DNA from: Eledone cirrhosa
Taxonomy: Eukaryota
Direction: 5' to 3'
Length of the DNA stretch: 64,000 nucleotides
Assembly (NCBI GenBank): GCA_964016885.1
Contig: CAXHJY010000522.1
Location: 135,516-199,515 of the forward strand
Shown here: piece by piece, positions 41,572 through 60,346 of the stretch
How the letters are laid out: each line of letters opens with the position of its first letter
Numbering within the stretch: the stretch's first letter is position 1
Program-made: the position numbers and the translations under genes
Notes under the pieces: model-generated
The model's database searches: none
The model's input: the letters and a program-made list of their open reading frames with translations, nothing else
What the model was told of the DNA's origin: nothing

Positions 41572-43555
41572 ATCATCATCACCGTTTTACGTCATTCTTC
41601 CATGCTAGCATGGGTTAGACGGGCTGTCCTGTTGTGGGCTGTGCCCGGTCAGCTGACCATGTCTTGCTCATATGGGAACTGATTCTGGCTTGATTTCTAT
41701 AGTTGGATGGCCTTCCTAACACAAACCTCATTTACAATGAGTGTTGGGTACTTTTTTTCGTGGCGCCTGCACATCCACTTTACAGTGTGGGCTGGGTGTT
41801 TTTTGGTCGTGGCACCTCCACGACCACTTTGCAGTGGGAGGGAGTGGGGGCATATTGTCTATATGCTTCAGCTTGTATCAGTGGGGGGTCGGGTCTGCTG
41901 TATTACTGCATCACACCAGAGGTAAAGGACATGTCTCATTACCTTTGAGAGGTGCAATTGGGTAAGGTCGGCTTTTATCACCTCATCCCAGGTCTTCTTG
42001 GGTCTCCCCACTCCGCGGCTTCCATCGACTTCTAGTGCTCTGCTGTCATCCTGTCATCCTTAGTATCACATCTCCATACCAATGCAACCTCCTCTCCTGC
42101 ACACAGCATTTGATTCCTCTTATGCTCAGTCTCTCTTTCAATTTGTTTATGCTTTGCCATTCACGTATATTACTATTACACATCCATCGGAGCATGCAGG
42201 CTTCATTTCTTTCAAATCTACGCAAGTCTACAGGGCTCACTACCATGTAACATTGATGTTCATATACATGCATCATACAGTCTGCCTTTCATTTTGAGGG
42301 AAAAGCCTTTTGCAGATAGCAGTTGCTCCCTGAACTTCTTCCATCCTGTTCTTACCCTAGCAATTGTACTTTTCAAACACCCACCTCCGCTCCTAATTCG
42401 GTCACCTAGGTAGCAGAAGCTGTCTACTGTTTCTTCAGAGCCCTCCCAGAGTTTGGTGGTGCTTGTTTCCTGTGGCTGTTTGCTGCTTGCTGTCCCAGCG
42501 CAGCTGCTACATGTGAAGCTTACATTCTTAGTTAAGCTTCCTGAGATCCCGCTACATCTCTTGTGTACCCATTGTTTGCATTTGGGGCAGGGGATGGAGT
42601 TCCTACCTAGACCTTTCCTACATACTGAGCAAGGCCATTTCCCTGAGGGGATCTGGGTTCTGTTTACTCGTCTACTTACAAGGACCTTAGTCTTTGTGAG
42701 GTTGACTTTGAGACCCTTTGTTTCTAGTCCCTGCTTCCAAGTTTGGAATTTCTTCTCTAGTTCTATATTAGATTCAGCTATAAGTGCGAGGTCATCAGCA
42801 TACAGGAGTTCCCATGGGTATCCGGTCTTAAACTCCTCCGTTATTGCCTGCAGGACTATGATGAACAGGAGAGGGCTAAGAACAGAGCCCTGCTGGACCC
42901 CAACCTGTACGCTAAATTCCTCGCTATAGTCATTGCAAATCCTAACTTTGCTGACTGCTCCCCTATACATGGCTTGTACAGCTTTCACAAACCATTCATC
43001 TACTCCTAGTTTTCTAAGAGCCCACCAGATTATAGCACGGGGAACTCAGTCAAAGCCTTTCTCCAGATCGACAAATGCCAGGGAGAGTGGCTTACTTTTA
43101 GCTAGGTACTTTTCCTGTAACTGCCTCACAAGGAAAAGGGCATCAGTGGTACCTTTTCCTGTGGCCTCTATCGACTCTATAGAAGCCATCACGGTGTTTA
43201 CCTACGTGTCCGTTAAAATCTCCTGCAATGATTAGGAAATCATTGTCATTTGTTAGAGCAGTAGTGTGCATTAGTGACTCGTAAAACCTATCCTTAAGTT
43301 CGTCTGGCAACCCCGATTGGGGTGTGTAAGTTGATATTATTGTGGCAATTGTTTATTCAGGACTAGTCTGAGTTTAATGATTCTTGCGTTCACCCTGTCA
43401 CTGAGATTACCTTATCTACCCATTTGTCAGAAAAATTTGTAGCACTGCCTTTTGCCTACATGGACTCTAGCGGACTCTCCTCTCCATATAGTCTCTTGCA
43501 CACAGCATACATCAATTTCCTTTCGCTGTAGCATCTCTATGATTTCTCCTGCTGT
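41572..43555 (-). mobile_element. RTE LINE (subfamily A) with a large internal deletion joining the APE N-terminus to the RT
   Basis: 43155-43555 minus gives EIDVCCVQET and IAGDFNGHVG (APE); 41940-43155 gives GTTDALF, YADD, PHD, FCYLG, LHWYG; 3' UTR and (CAT)n tail at 41572. Confidence 0.92.
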
Positions 43556-43615
43556 GGGATAGGTAGCCATCATGGCAGCTTATATATCATCCCAGGAAAT
43601 TTGGGTGAAATAATT

Positions 43616-43782
43616 GTTTCTACTTTAGGCACAAGGCCAGCAATTACACAGTGCATTACTGGTACTTTTATTTTATCGACCCCGTAAGGATGAAAGGCAA
43701 AGTCAATCTTGGTGGGATTTTAACGTAAAGGGACGTAACTATGCTGGAAAGCATGGCGTCCGACCCTCTACGGATACTGCCA
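43616..43782 (-). mobile_element. SINE with 11-bp TSD
   Basis: gtgaaataatt at 43605-43615 and 43783-43793. Confidence 0.88.
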
Positions 43783-43999
43783 GTGAAATAATTCGAGACA
43801 AGAACGTATAATAGACAAGGCGAATATGTTAGGATTTCGAAGATGTTCATCTACCTTCATAAGCCTCGAAAAGAAAGAGGAAGGTAGATAAGGGGATAGA
43901 TAACTTTCGTAGAGACAGTCATAATAGCCAACGCGGGAAAAAAAACAAGGGTAAAGAATATATATGCATTGTGAAGGCCAGCAAAATGATAAATAGCAA

Positions 44000-44194
44000 C
44001 AATAATAATAATAATTGTTTATAGTTTTGGCACAAGGCCATCAATTACCCAGTACATTACTGATACTTTATTTTATAGAACCCGTAAGGATGGACGGTAA
44101 AGTTAACCTCGGCGGGATTTGAACTCAGACCGCAAAGGGACGTAACTATGCTGGAAAGTATGGCGTTCGACCCTCTACCCATACTGCCAATCCA
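44000..44194 (-). mobile_element. tRNA-derived SINE
   Basis: (AAT)n tail and family body. Confidence 0.88.
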
Positions 44195-44283
44195 ATGTGA
44201 GCAGAACATTTGCAATTGGGGAAGAAAGATACCTGGAAATGCATGGATGTCTGGAATATGGTTTAGGAGTTAATTTTGGTCAT

Positions 44284-47021
<2,738 letters not shown>

Positions 47022-47059
47022 ATAATATAAGATCAAAAGATGGTTAAAGGAGTTCCATG

Positions 47060-47130
47060 TATTTTATTATGCGCATTTCAAAAACAGATATCATCATGCA
47101 ATAATATTTGTGTTTTCATCAGATAAAACA
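47060..47130 (-). ncRNA. Minimal type I hammerhead ribozyme (minus-strand copy)
   Basis: Reverse complement of the 47241-47311 motif, with one change in stem II. Confidence 0.75.
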
Positions 47131-47240
47131 GGAGAACATGATATGAAGGCTAAAAACACTTGTGGATAGTGCAGTTTTAAATCAACATATCCACAACTGC
47201 ACTATCCACAAATGTTTTTAGCCTTCATATCATGTTCTCC

Positions 47241-47311
47241 TGTTTTATCTGATGAAAACACAAATATTATTGCATGATGATATTTGTTTTTGAAATGCGC
47301 ATAATAAAATA
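47241..47311 (+). ncRNA. Minimal type I hammerhead ribozyme
   Basis: Stem I tgttttat/ataaaata; CUGAUGA at 47249-47255; ~16-bp stem II at 47256-47291; GAAA at 47292-47295; palindromic stem III tgcgca; AUA cleavage triplet at 47301-47303. Confidence 0.8.
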
Positions 47312-47437
47312 CATGGAACTCCTTTAACCATCTTTTGATCTTATATTATGTATACTCTAGTCCTACAAACTGTAGAGTGCTTCTTATCCGATATCTGCAT
47401 TGCTTTATTGTACTACAATAAAACTCACCTCCTACAT

Positions 47438-49794
47438 ATCATCATCATCATCACCGTTTTACGTCCGTTCTTCCACGCTAGCATGGGTTAGACGGGTTGT
47501 CCTGTTGTGGGCAGTGTCTGGTCGGCTGACCATGCCTTGCTCATACAGGAACTGATCTGGCTTGATTTCTACAGCTGGATGCCCTTCCTAACACCAACCT
47601 CATTTACAATGAGTGCTGGGTGCTTTTTCGTGGCGCCTACACGTCCACTTTACAGTGTGGGCTGGGTGCTTTTTTGCCGTGGCACCTCCACGACCACCTT
47701 GCGGTGGGGGGGGGGGGGGGGGCATATTGTTTATATGCTTCAGCATGTACCCATGGGAGGTCGGGTACCCTGTATTACTGCGTGACGCCAGAAGTCACGG
47801 TCGTGTGTCATTGACTTTGAGAGGTGTAGTTGGGTAAGGTCGGCTTTTATCACCTCATCCTAAGTCATCTTGGGTCTCCCCACTCCGCGGTTTCCATCAA
47901 CTTCTAGTGCTCTGCACCTTTTTATGCAGCTGTCATCCTTCATACGCATCACATGTCCATACCAGCGTAACCGCCTCTCCTGCACGCAGCATTTGATTCC
48001 TCTTATGCTCAGTCTCTCTCTCAATTCATTTATGCTTTGTCGTTCACGTATATTACTGTTACACATCCATCGGAGCATGCAGGCTTCGTTTCTCTCTAAT
48101 CTACGTAAGTCTTCCACCTTCAGCGCCCAGGTCTCACTACCATGCAACATCGCTGTTCGGATACACGCATCATACAGTCTGCCTTTCATTCTGAGGGAGA
48201 AGACTTTTGCAGCTAGCAGTGGTAGTAGTTCCCTAAACTTCTTCCATCCCGTTCTTACCCTAGTTATTGTACTTTCTGAGCACCCACCTCCGTTGCTAAT
48301 TCGGTCACCTAGGTAGCAGAGGCTGTCTACTGTTTCTACAGGGCCCTCCCAGAGATTGGTGGTACTTGTTTCCTGTGGCTGTTTGCTTGCTGTTTCAGCA
48401 CAGCTGCTGCATGTGAATCCTACATTCTTAATTAAGCTTCCTGAGATCCCGCTACATCTCTTGTGTACCCATTGTTTGCATTTGGGGCAAAGAATGGAGT
48501 TCCTACCTACACCTTTCCTACATACTGAGCAAGGCCATTTCCCTGAGGGGATCTGGGTTCTGTTTTCTCGTCTACTTATAAGGACCTTAGTCTTTGTCAT
48601 GTTGACTTTGAGGCCCTTTCTCTCTAGTCCCTGCTTCCAGGTTTGGAATTTATTCTCTAGTTCTACCATAGATTCAGCTATGAGTGCGAGGTCATCAGCA
48701 TACAGGAGTTCCCATGGGCATCCGGTCTTAAACTCCTCCGTTATTGCCTGCAGGACTATGATGAACAGGAGAGGGCTAAGAACAGAGCCCTGGTGGACCC
48801 CAACCTGTACGCTAAATTCCTCGCTATACTCATTGCCAATCCTAACTTTGCTGACTGCTCCCCTATACATGGCTTGTACCGCTTTCACAAGCCATTCATC
48901 TACTCCTAGTTTTCTAAGAGCCCACCAGATTACTGCACGTGGAACTCTGTCAAAGGCTTTCTGAAGGTCGACAAATGCCAAGTAGAGTGGCTTACTTTTA
49001 GCTAGGTACTTTTCCTGTAATTGCCTCACAAGGAAGAGCGCATCAGTGGTGCCTTTCCCTGGTACAAACCCAAATTGCATCTCGTCTATATTCACCCGGT
49101 CCCTAATCAGCTGTGCTATAACTCTTTCTGTTACTTTCATGACCTGGTCCATCAACTTTATACCTCTATAGTTTCCTCTATCTAGTGCATCGCCTTTACC
49201 TTTGTAGCAGTTGACAATGATGCTACTGCACCAATCTTTTGGTATGGCCCCCTCTAGTATTACCTGGTTAACGATACGTGTGGTTATAGTGTGACCTACA
49301 GACCCAGATGCCTTCAGCATCTCGGCAGCTATACCCGATGGACCGGTTGCCTTCCCTATCTTCATATCTCTGATTGCCTTACTTACTACGCTGCCGCTGA
49401 CTTGTACTGCTGGTCCCTCTATAGGGTCTACGTGGGGTAGGGTCTCTTCTTCCCATGCATTCTCCTCATTTAGTAATCTATCATAATGACTCTTCCATGC
49501 ATCTTTCTTCTCAGCACTTGTGAGGGCAAGCTCACCTTTATCATTCCGGATACACTTCTCTCCAATGACATCACAACTATCTCTGACACACTGCCTCGCA
49601 ATCTTGAATACCTCCTGTTTCTGGTCCTCACGTTGTAAAACATGCTTGAATTTTCTATCCTCTGCTTCCCTCCTAGCTAAGTATACTTGTCGCCTAGCTT
49701 CCCTCTTGGTCTCTATGTAATGTACCCTGCTCCCCCCGTTCTTCCATTCTTTCCATGCCTGTCTCTTGGCCTTGACTGCTTCATCTACCTTATT
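47438..49794 (-). mobile_element. Young RTE LINE (subfamily A), 5'-truncated
   Basis: Open RT frame 47860-49794 with all RT motifs and the PHD insertion; one TGG>TAG nonsense near the end; ~370-bp 3' UTR and (CAT)n tail. Confidence 0.97.
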
Positions 49795-49900
49795 ATACAT
49801 ATATATATACATATACATATATATATACATATACATATATACATATATATGTATATATATACATATATATATATACATATATATACATATACATATATAC

Positions 49901-49996
<96 letters not shown>

Positions 49997-50001
49997 ATAT
50001 A

Positions 50002-50362
50002 CACTAACTTCAAAAAACGAGGCAATCACTTGATCACCTACAGATCAGGGGAACATACTGGCCAGGTAGATTATATCCTTACCAGAAGACGTGACAAAGT
50101 GACTGTCGTAAACACTACATCCCTCCCCCATGAAGAATGCACTTCCCAACATAGACTGATAATTAGCGACCTAATAGTCAGGACGAGACGTACTAGACAA
50201 CAGAAGAGGACTATCCTCAGGAGAAAAATATGGAAGCTAAAGGACCCCACAGCCAAAAATAAATTCCAAAGCATATTACTTGATGCTTTCGACAGTGAGG
50301 AAGAGCAATTAGAGACGTACAAGGTAGAGGAACAGTGGGAATTCCTGAAAGCAAACCTGCTA
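50002..50362 (+). mobile_element. Inverted upstream (APE C-terminus/linker) segment of an RTE LINE
   Basis: [53 protein letters not shown]. Confidence 0.9.
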
Positions 50363-51390
50363 CTACGAGCTGTCTCACCTATGTACACTATATTTTTGTT
50401 TCTACATTGTCCTTCAGTACATCTTATGCTATACACTACATTTCTAGTTTTACAGTTAATATGGGGGCTTATTTTACAGGTTATACATTTCTTATCTATA
50501 CATGAGGGTCTTTGGAACGGGTATGTCTTGCTAATAAGTGTTTTTACGGAGGTACCTGGTCTTTCTACTATCTTAATATTGAGTTTATGTTTATTTAGGG
50601 CCCTTCTAAATTTGTAGGCGAAATAAACATAAACTCAATATATAGTGTACATAGGTGAGACAGCTCGTAGTATAGGGGAACGAATAAATGAACACTGGCG
50701 AGACCTTCAAGATAATAAAGAATCATCTGTGCTCTACCAACATGCTAAGATAGAGCACAAGGGTAAATTAGAGAACATAGAAATAAAAATAGAATCCACA
50801 AACAGAAAAGATGCAATGTTTAGGCAAATTACAGAGGCAGTAACCATAAAAGATTACAACCAAAATTAAATAGAAAATATGAGTGGAACAGCAACATCAC
50901 AACTTACAATTAAGGACAAAATGAAAACACACACACACACATAGAACAAACAACCAACCAACAACATGTAAATAAATAAATAAATAAACAAATAGATAAA
51001 TGAACACAAACACACACAGACACCCGGATGTGGCGCATGCGCAAACTGAGCACACAACACACACACAGAAACAAAATGGCGTAGGACAGAAGAAAAGAAA
51101 GGCAAAGAAACAAAGTAAGGAATCCCCAGTCACTGAAGAGGTCACAGAGTGTGTGACGAAAGGACTGACTATATATAAACAACAATCTGGTTGTGGAACC
51201 AACCATCCAAGCAGAAATTTATAAGTTTGTAGATTTGTAAATTTATAAATATATGATAAATTGAAGTGAAAGCAACTGGTGAGTGTGTTTCTTATTGGCA
51301 ACATGACCCTCCCAAAGTATAACAATATCGGTTTCAACACACGATTTCAGATAAAGAATCTTGCTAAACAAATTCAGAAACGAAATATAT
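50361..51390 (+). mobile_element. Penelope-like element 3' part (GIY-YIG) with an inverted 5' segment
   Basis: Plus 50645-50869 [32 protein letters not shown]; minus 50361-50620 [20 protein letters not shown]. Confidence 0.85.
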
Positions 51391-51424
51391 ATATACATAT
51401 ACATATATACATATATATATATAC

Positions 51425-51455
<31 letters not shown>

Positions 51456-51878
51456 CATATATATATATACATATATATATATACATATATATATATATAC
51501 ATATATATATACATATACATATATATATACATATACATATACATATATATATACATATACATATATATATATACATATACATATACATATATATATACAT
51601 ATACATATACATATATATATACATATATATACATATATATATATACATATACATATACATATATATATACATATATATACATATATATATATATACATAT
51701 ACATATATATATACATATACATACATATATATATATATACATATACATATATATATACATATACATACATATATATATATATACATATACATATATATAT
51801 ACATATACATACATATATATATATATACATATACATATATATACATATATACATATACATATACATATATATATATAC

Positions 51879-51950
<72 letters not shown>
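51385..51950. repeat. (TA)n/TACA tract
   Basis: Read directly. Confidence 0.98.
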
Positions 51951-52988
51951 TTCTTTTATTTGCCACTAGGGCATCAAAAGTGGGACAAGTACAAAGGGGG
52001 GAGTTTACACAAAAAGGCGTCCTCAATAAGGAGGAGGCAATAACAAAATATAAAAATAAAATAAGATATAACAAAAAATAAAATTTTTAACAAAATCCTC
52101 AATAGAGAGGAGGCGCCTTGGGGGGTCGCACACACCCCCGAAAAAAGTGTGCAACCCTTCTCCTCAGGAGCACAGAGAAGGGGTGCTCCCTTGGTCTTTC
52201 ATCTTCCTCACCTATAGTCTGATGTAGAGTGAAGGCCCATTCACACGGGCCATTCTCGCCACTTTCACCCATCTTTCATAGAAACGGCTGGGGTGCAGCA
52301 CCTCTCTCTCCATCCTGATCCTTCTTCCGAAATGATATCGGAAGAAACGGACCAGTTGTTGGCCAGAGAGAAAGGTGCCCGACCTCAGTCCTTTCAGACG
52401 CGTCCACCATACAACCTCTTTCGCCATGGCTATTACGCACAGAAACACCGCCTCTGCTTCATCTTTGAAGGGGGGAGGCGGCTTGATCATTACAATAGAC
52501 TCGGTGGTCAACCGGATCGGTCCCACCCTTGACAGCAGTTGTTCGACATAGCCCCACAGATCGGCTACGCCCGAGCAGTGTACTAATGCGTGTGCAACGG
52601 TTTCCTCGTCGCACACGCATCTGGGACAGATCTTTTTGGCGGGGTCCCTACCCGGGCGCCCGTGTCTGTAGAGCCTTTCTCGAACGGGTAAAGCCCCTCG
52701 GTAGCACTGCCAGGCCAGGGACTTCTGGAAGTTGTCCATAGGTCCCGGGCTGAATGTCCTACCGAACAGGCTGGCCAGTTCGTCCTCCTCCATGTCTAGG
52801 GCTTCTCCGAGGGCGTCGTCGCACCTGCTGCGTACTAGCCCTCTATAGAATGTTGCGGTGGAGTCTCCACTGATAACCATGGCTATTACGCACAGAAACA
52901 CCGCCTCTGCTTCATCTTTGAAGGGGGGAGGCGGCTTGATCATTACAATAGACTCGGTGGTCAACCGGATCGGTCCCACCCTTGACAG
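51950..52988 (-). mobile_element. Tx1/L1-clade LINE 3' end (zf-RVT/CCHC region), open frame
   Basis: [35 protein letters not shown]; stop at 52212; 3' UTR with AATAAA and A-rich end near 51950. Confidence 0.9.
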
Positions 52989-54767
<1,779 letters not shown>

Positions 54768-55425
54768 GTGAACGGCAAAGCATAAACGAACTAAGGAAAA
54801 AATTAGAGATAAGAGGGATCAGATGTTGTTTACTCGAGAGAAGGCTGCGTTGGTATGGACACGTGATGCGCATGAAAGTCGATAGCTGTATAACAAAGTG
54901 CAGGGCAATAAAGATAGACGGTAGTCACGGAATAGGCAGACCTAGAAAAACCTGGGACGAGCTGATAAACTCCGACCTCACACACTTACACCTCTCCAAG
55001 ACAATGTCACTGGACCGAGACCTTTGGCGGTACTCAGTAACAGAGAAGACCCGCCTTGCCAGTAGGCATCTCTAACAAAATACACCCCGTCCCGCCACCA
55101 CTCCCACCCCATCCACACCACCCCGTTCTATGTAAAGTTATGTTGGTGCCGCGCCATCCAGGCCGAAACAAATGAGATCGTGTAGGTGTCACGACAAAAA
55201 ACACACAGTCCACGCTGTAATGTGGCCGTGTAGGCAACACGGTAAAAACCTCCCAGACCCACACTGTAAATGTGGTTGGTGTTAGGAAGGGCATCCAACT
55301 GTAGAAAACCTGCCAGACAGTCCTATGCGAGCAAGACAATCACTCTTGCCTCAAGTGGGACTACCCCCGTCCAAACCCATGCAAGCGTGGAACACGGACG
55401 TTAAACGTTGATGATGATGATGATG

Positions 55426-55427
<2 letters not shown>
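54768..55427 (+). mobile_element. RTE subfamily B 3' end with long 3' UTR
   Basis: [36 protein letters not shown]; 3' UTR with ggaagggcatcc core; (GAT)n tail. Confidence 0.95.
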
Positions 55428-55466
<39 letters not shown>

Positions 55467-55497
55467 CATATATATATATATACATATATATATATAC

Positions 55498-55529
<32 letters not shown>

Positions 55530-55543
55530 GTATATATATATAC

Positions 55544-55590
<47 letters not shown>

Positions 55591-55860
55591 CATATATATA
55601 GTTAAAAGAATAGAGGTGTAACACACAAGTTATTATATATTGGTAAACGGAATAGAAAATGCTGACAAATTGTTCACAGTTGAAAAATGGTTTAATTAGG
55701 AATAAAAGAGTATTAGTGATTGTATGGGTTAGTATTCAGTTGTGGTTTTAAGTTTTTAAGTTTTTACCGGTTGCGCATTTCTAAATGCTTTTCAAAAATA
55801 ATTTTGAGATAGAGTGTCCGTGCTGTTTGCTCTGATCTGATTAGTTTTGGGAATTCTACC

Positions 55861-56096
55861 TGTTTTTATGTTAAAAAAATGGCTCCAGCGTTATTTTTGT
55901 GTTGTAAAAATGCTTGTGGTCAAAACAATTTTGATTGGTCGGTAGAGGTCATGTGAATGTAAAAAGTTGATTTTGCGCCAAGACTGTTTTTATGTTAAAA
56001 TGTTAGAAAAGTGGCTCCAGCAAAGATTATGGTCAAAACAATTTTGATTGGTCGGTAGAGGTCATGTGGATAAAAAATTGGTTTTGCGCCAAGATT
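55861..56096. repeat. Two-copy ~120-bp direct repeat
   Basis: tgtttttatgttaaaa..tggctccagc..tggtcaaaacaattttgattggtcggtagaggtcatgtg..ttttgcgccaaga occurs twice. Confidence 0.85.
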
Positions 56097-56119
56097 GAGA
56101 AATGACTCTTTCACAACAG

Positions 56120-56177
<58 letters not shown>

Positions 56178-56800
56178 TAGTAGTAGTAAGGTATTCGATG
56201 CTGCGACAATAGCCACCAGCGATGTGTGTCAAATGGCTATTAAGATAAGTGTGTGTGTGTGTGTGTGTGCGTACATACACACAGCAGAGTCATTCGAAGG
56301 TCAAAAGATATTTTTCAGCTTTTGTCTTATACGGAGAAGTGCGTGTGTGTGTGTGTGTGTGTGTGTGTATAAGTCTCTTTGTATGTTGATGTACGCGTGT
56401 GTATGTGTCTGTGTATATATGTGTGTGTGTGTGTGTGTGTGCGTGTGTGGGTGGACCAGTATTTTTTTCCCCCCCCTGGTAAAATGGTGTACATTATTCG
56501 ATTTTTTCAGTAAAATCGGTTCTCTTAATAGAACATCAACAATCTTAACAATAAAGGGTGTGAAATGATATTCACTATATACACATATATACACACACAC
56601 ACACACATATATATATATATTTTTTCACTACATACACATATACATATATATACATATATACATACATATATATGCACATATATTTTTTTGTATTGCACCA
56701 TAGAGCATGTGTGTTTACGTGTGTCATTGTGTTTATATGTGGGTAGAGATGTGTGCTGATGTAGGTATGTATGTTGACGTGTGTATGTTGTGGGTTCGTC

Positions 56801-57476
56801 TTAGGGAGAAGTGTTTAGACGGGGTCCGTATTTGTTAATGAAGTAAGATTCCTTGCTGATGCGCTGGGTGTGGGTGGCATTATCTTTAAATTTGTAGAGG
56901 GGAAAGATTCTGAAGTTGGGATGATTTTGGGCGGCGCAGGTATCAATGTGTTCACTCAGTGGTATTTTCCTGTATTCCCGTATTTTAATTTGGGATCTAT
57001 GGACAGTCATGCGTTGGCGGAGGCTGTTTTTGGTCTGGCCTATGTATTGTTCTCGACAACCTGAACAAGTTAATACATATATTAAATTTTCCGATGCACA
57101 TGTGAAATTGTGTTTTACTATAAAACGTTGTCCATCTTTGAAATAGAATTCCGAACCCTCTATTAGGTTGATGCAAATGCCACAGTTGGGTCTATCGCAT
57201 TTTTTTACTGTGGGTTTCGTTGTTGTGGTTGGCAGTACTTTGGCATGTGTTAAGATGTTTTTCATTGACTTGGATTGTCTTTTGCTTTTTATGATATCGT
57301 GTGTTCGTAGAATTTGGTTCATTCTATGGTCCTTTTTCAATACAGGGATGTTCTGGAGGATGGTGTCAAAGGCCTCGTTGTTGAGGGGGTTGTGTGTGGA
57401 GATGTATGGAAGAGCTTTTAGTTTTGGTTGATTTACTTTAGGGTGTCTAAGGTCCTGGGTACTGAGTTTTAGGGCA
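56801..57476 (-). mobile_element. Penelope-like element (Neptune-type) Cys-rich linker plus GIY-YIG endonuclease, open frame
   Basis: [48 protein letters not shown]....P.LN*. Confidence 0.92.

Positions 57477-60346
<2,870 letters not shown>

Larger units (their letters stand above)
47022..47349. repeat. Near-perfect palindrome (155-bp arms, 18-nt spacer), probably a Penelope-type inverted pseudo-LTR
   Basis: 47022-47176 is the reverse complement of 47195-47349, with about two mismatches. Confidence 0.95.

Noticed and set aside
47870-48964. Plus-strand ORFs antisense to the RT
   Set aside because: Shadow frames of the RTE coding strand with no independent evidence
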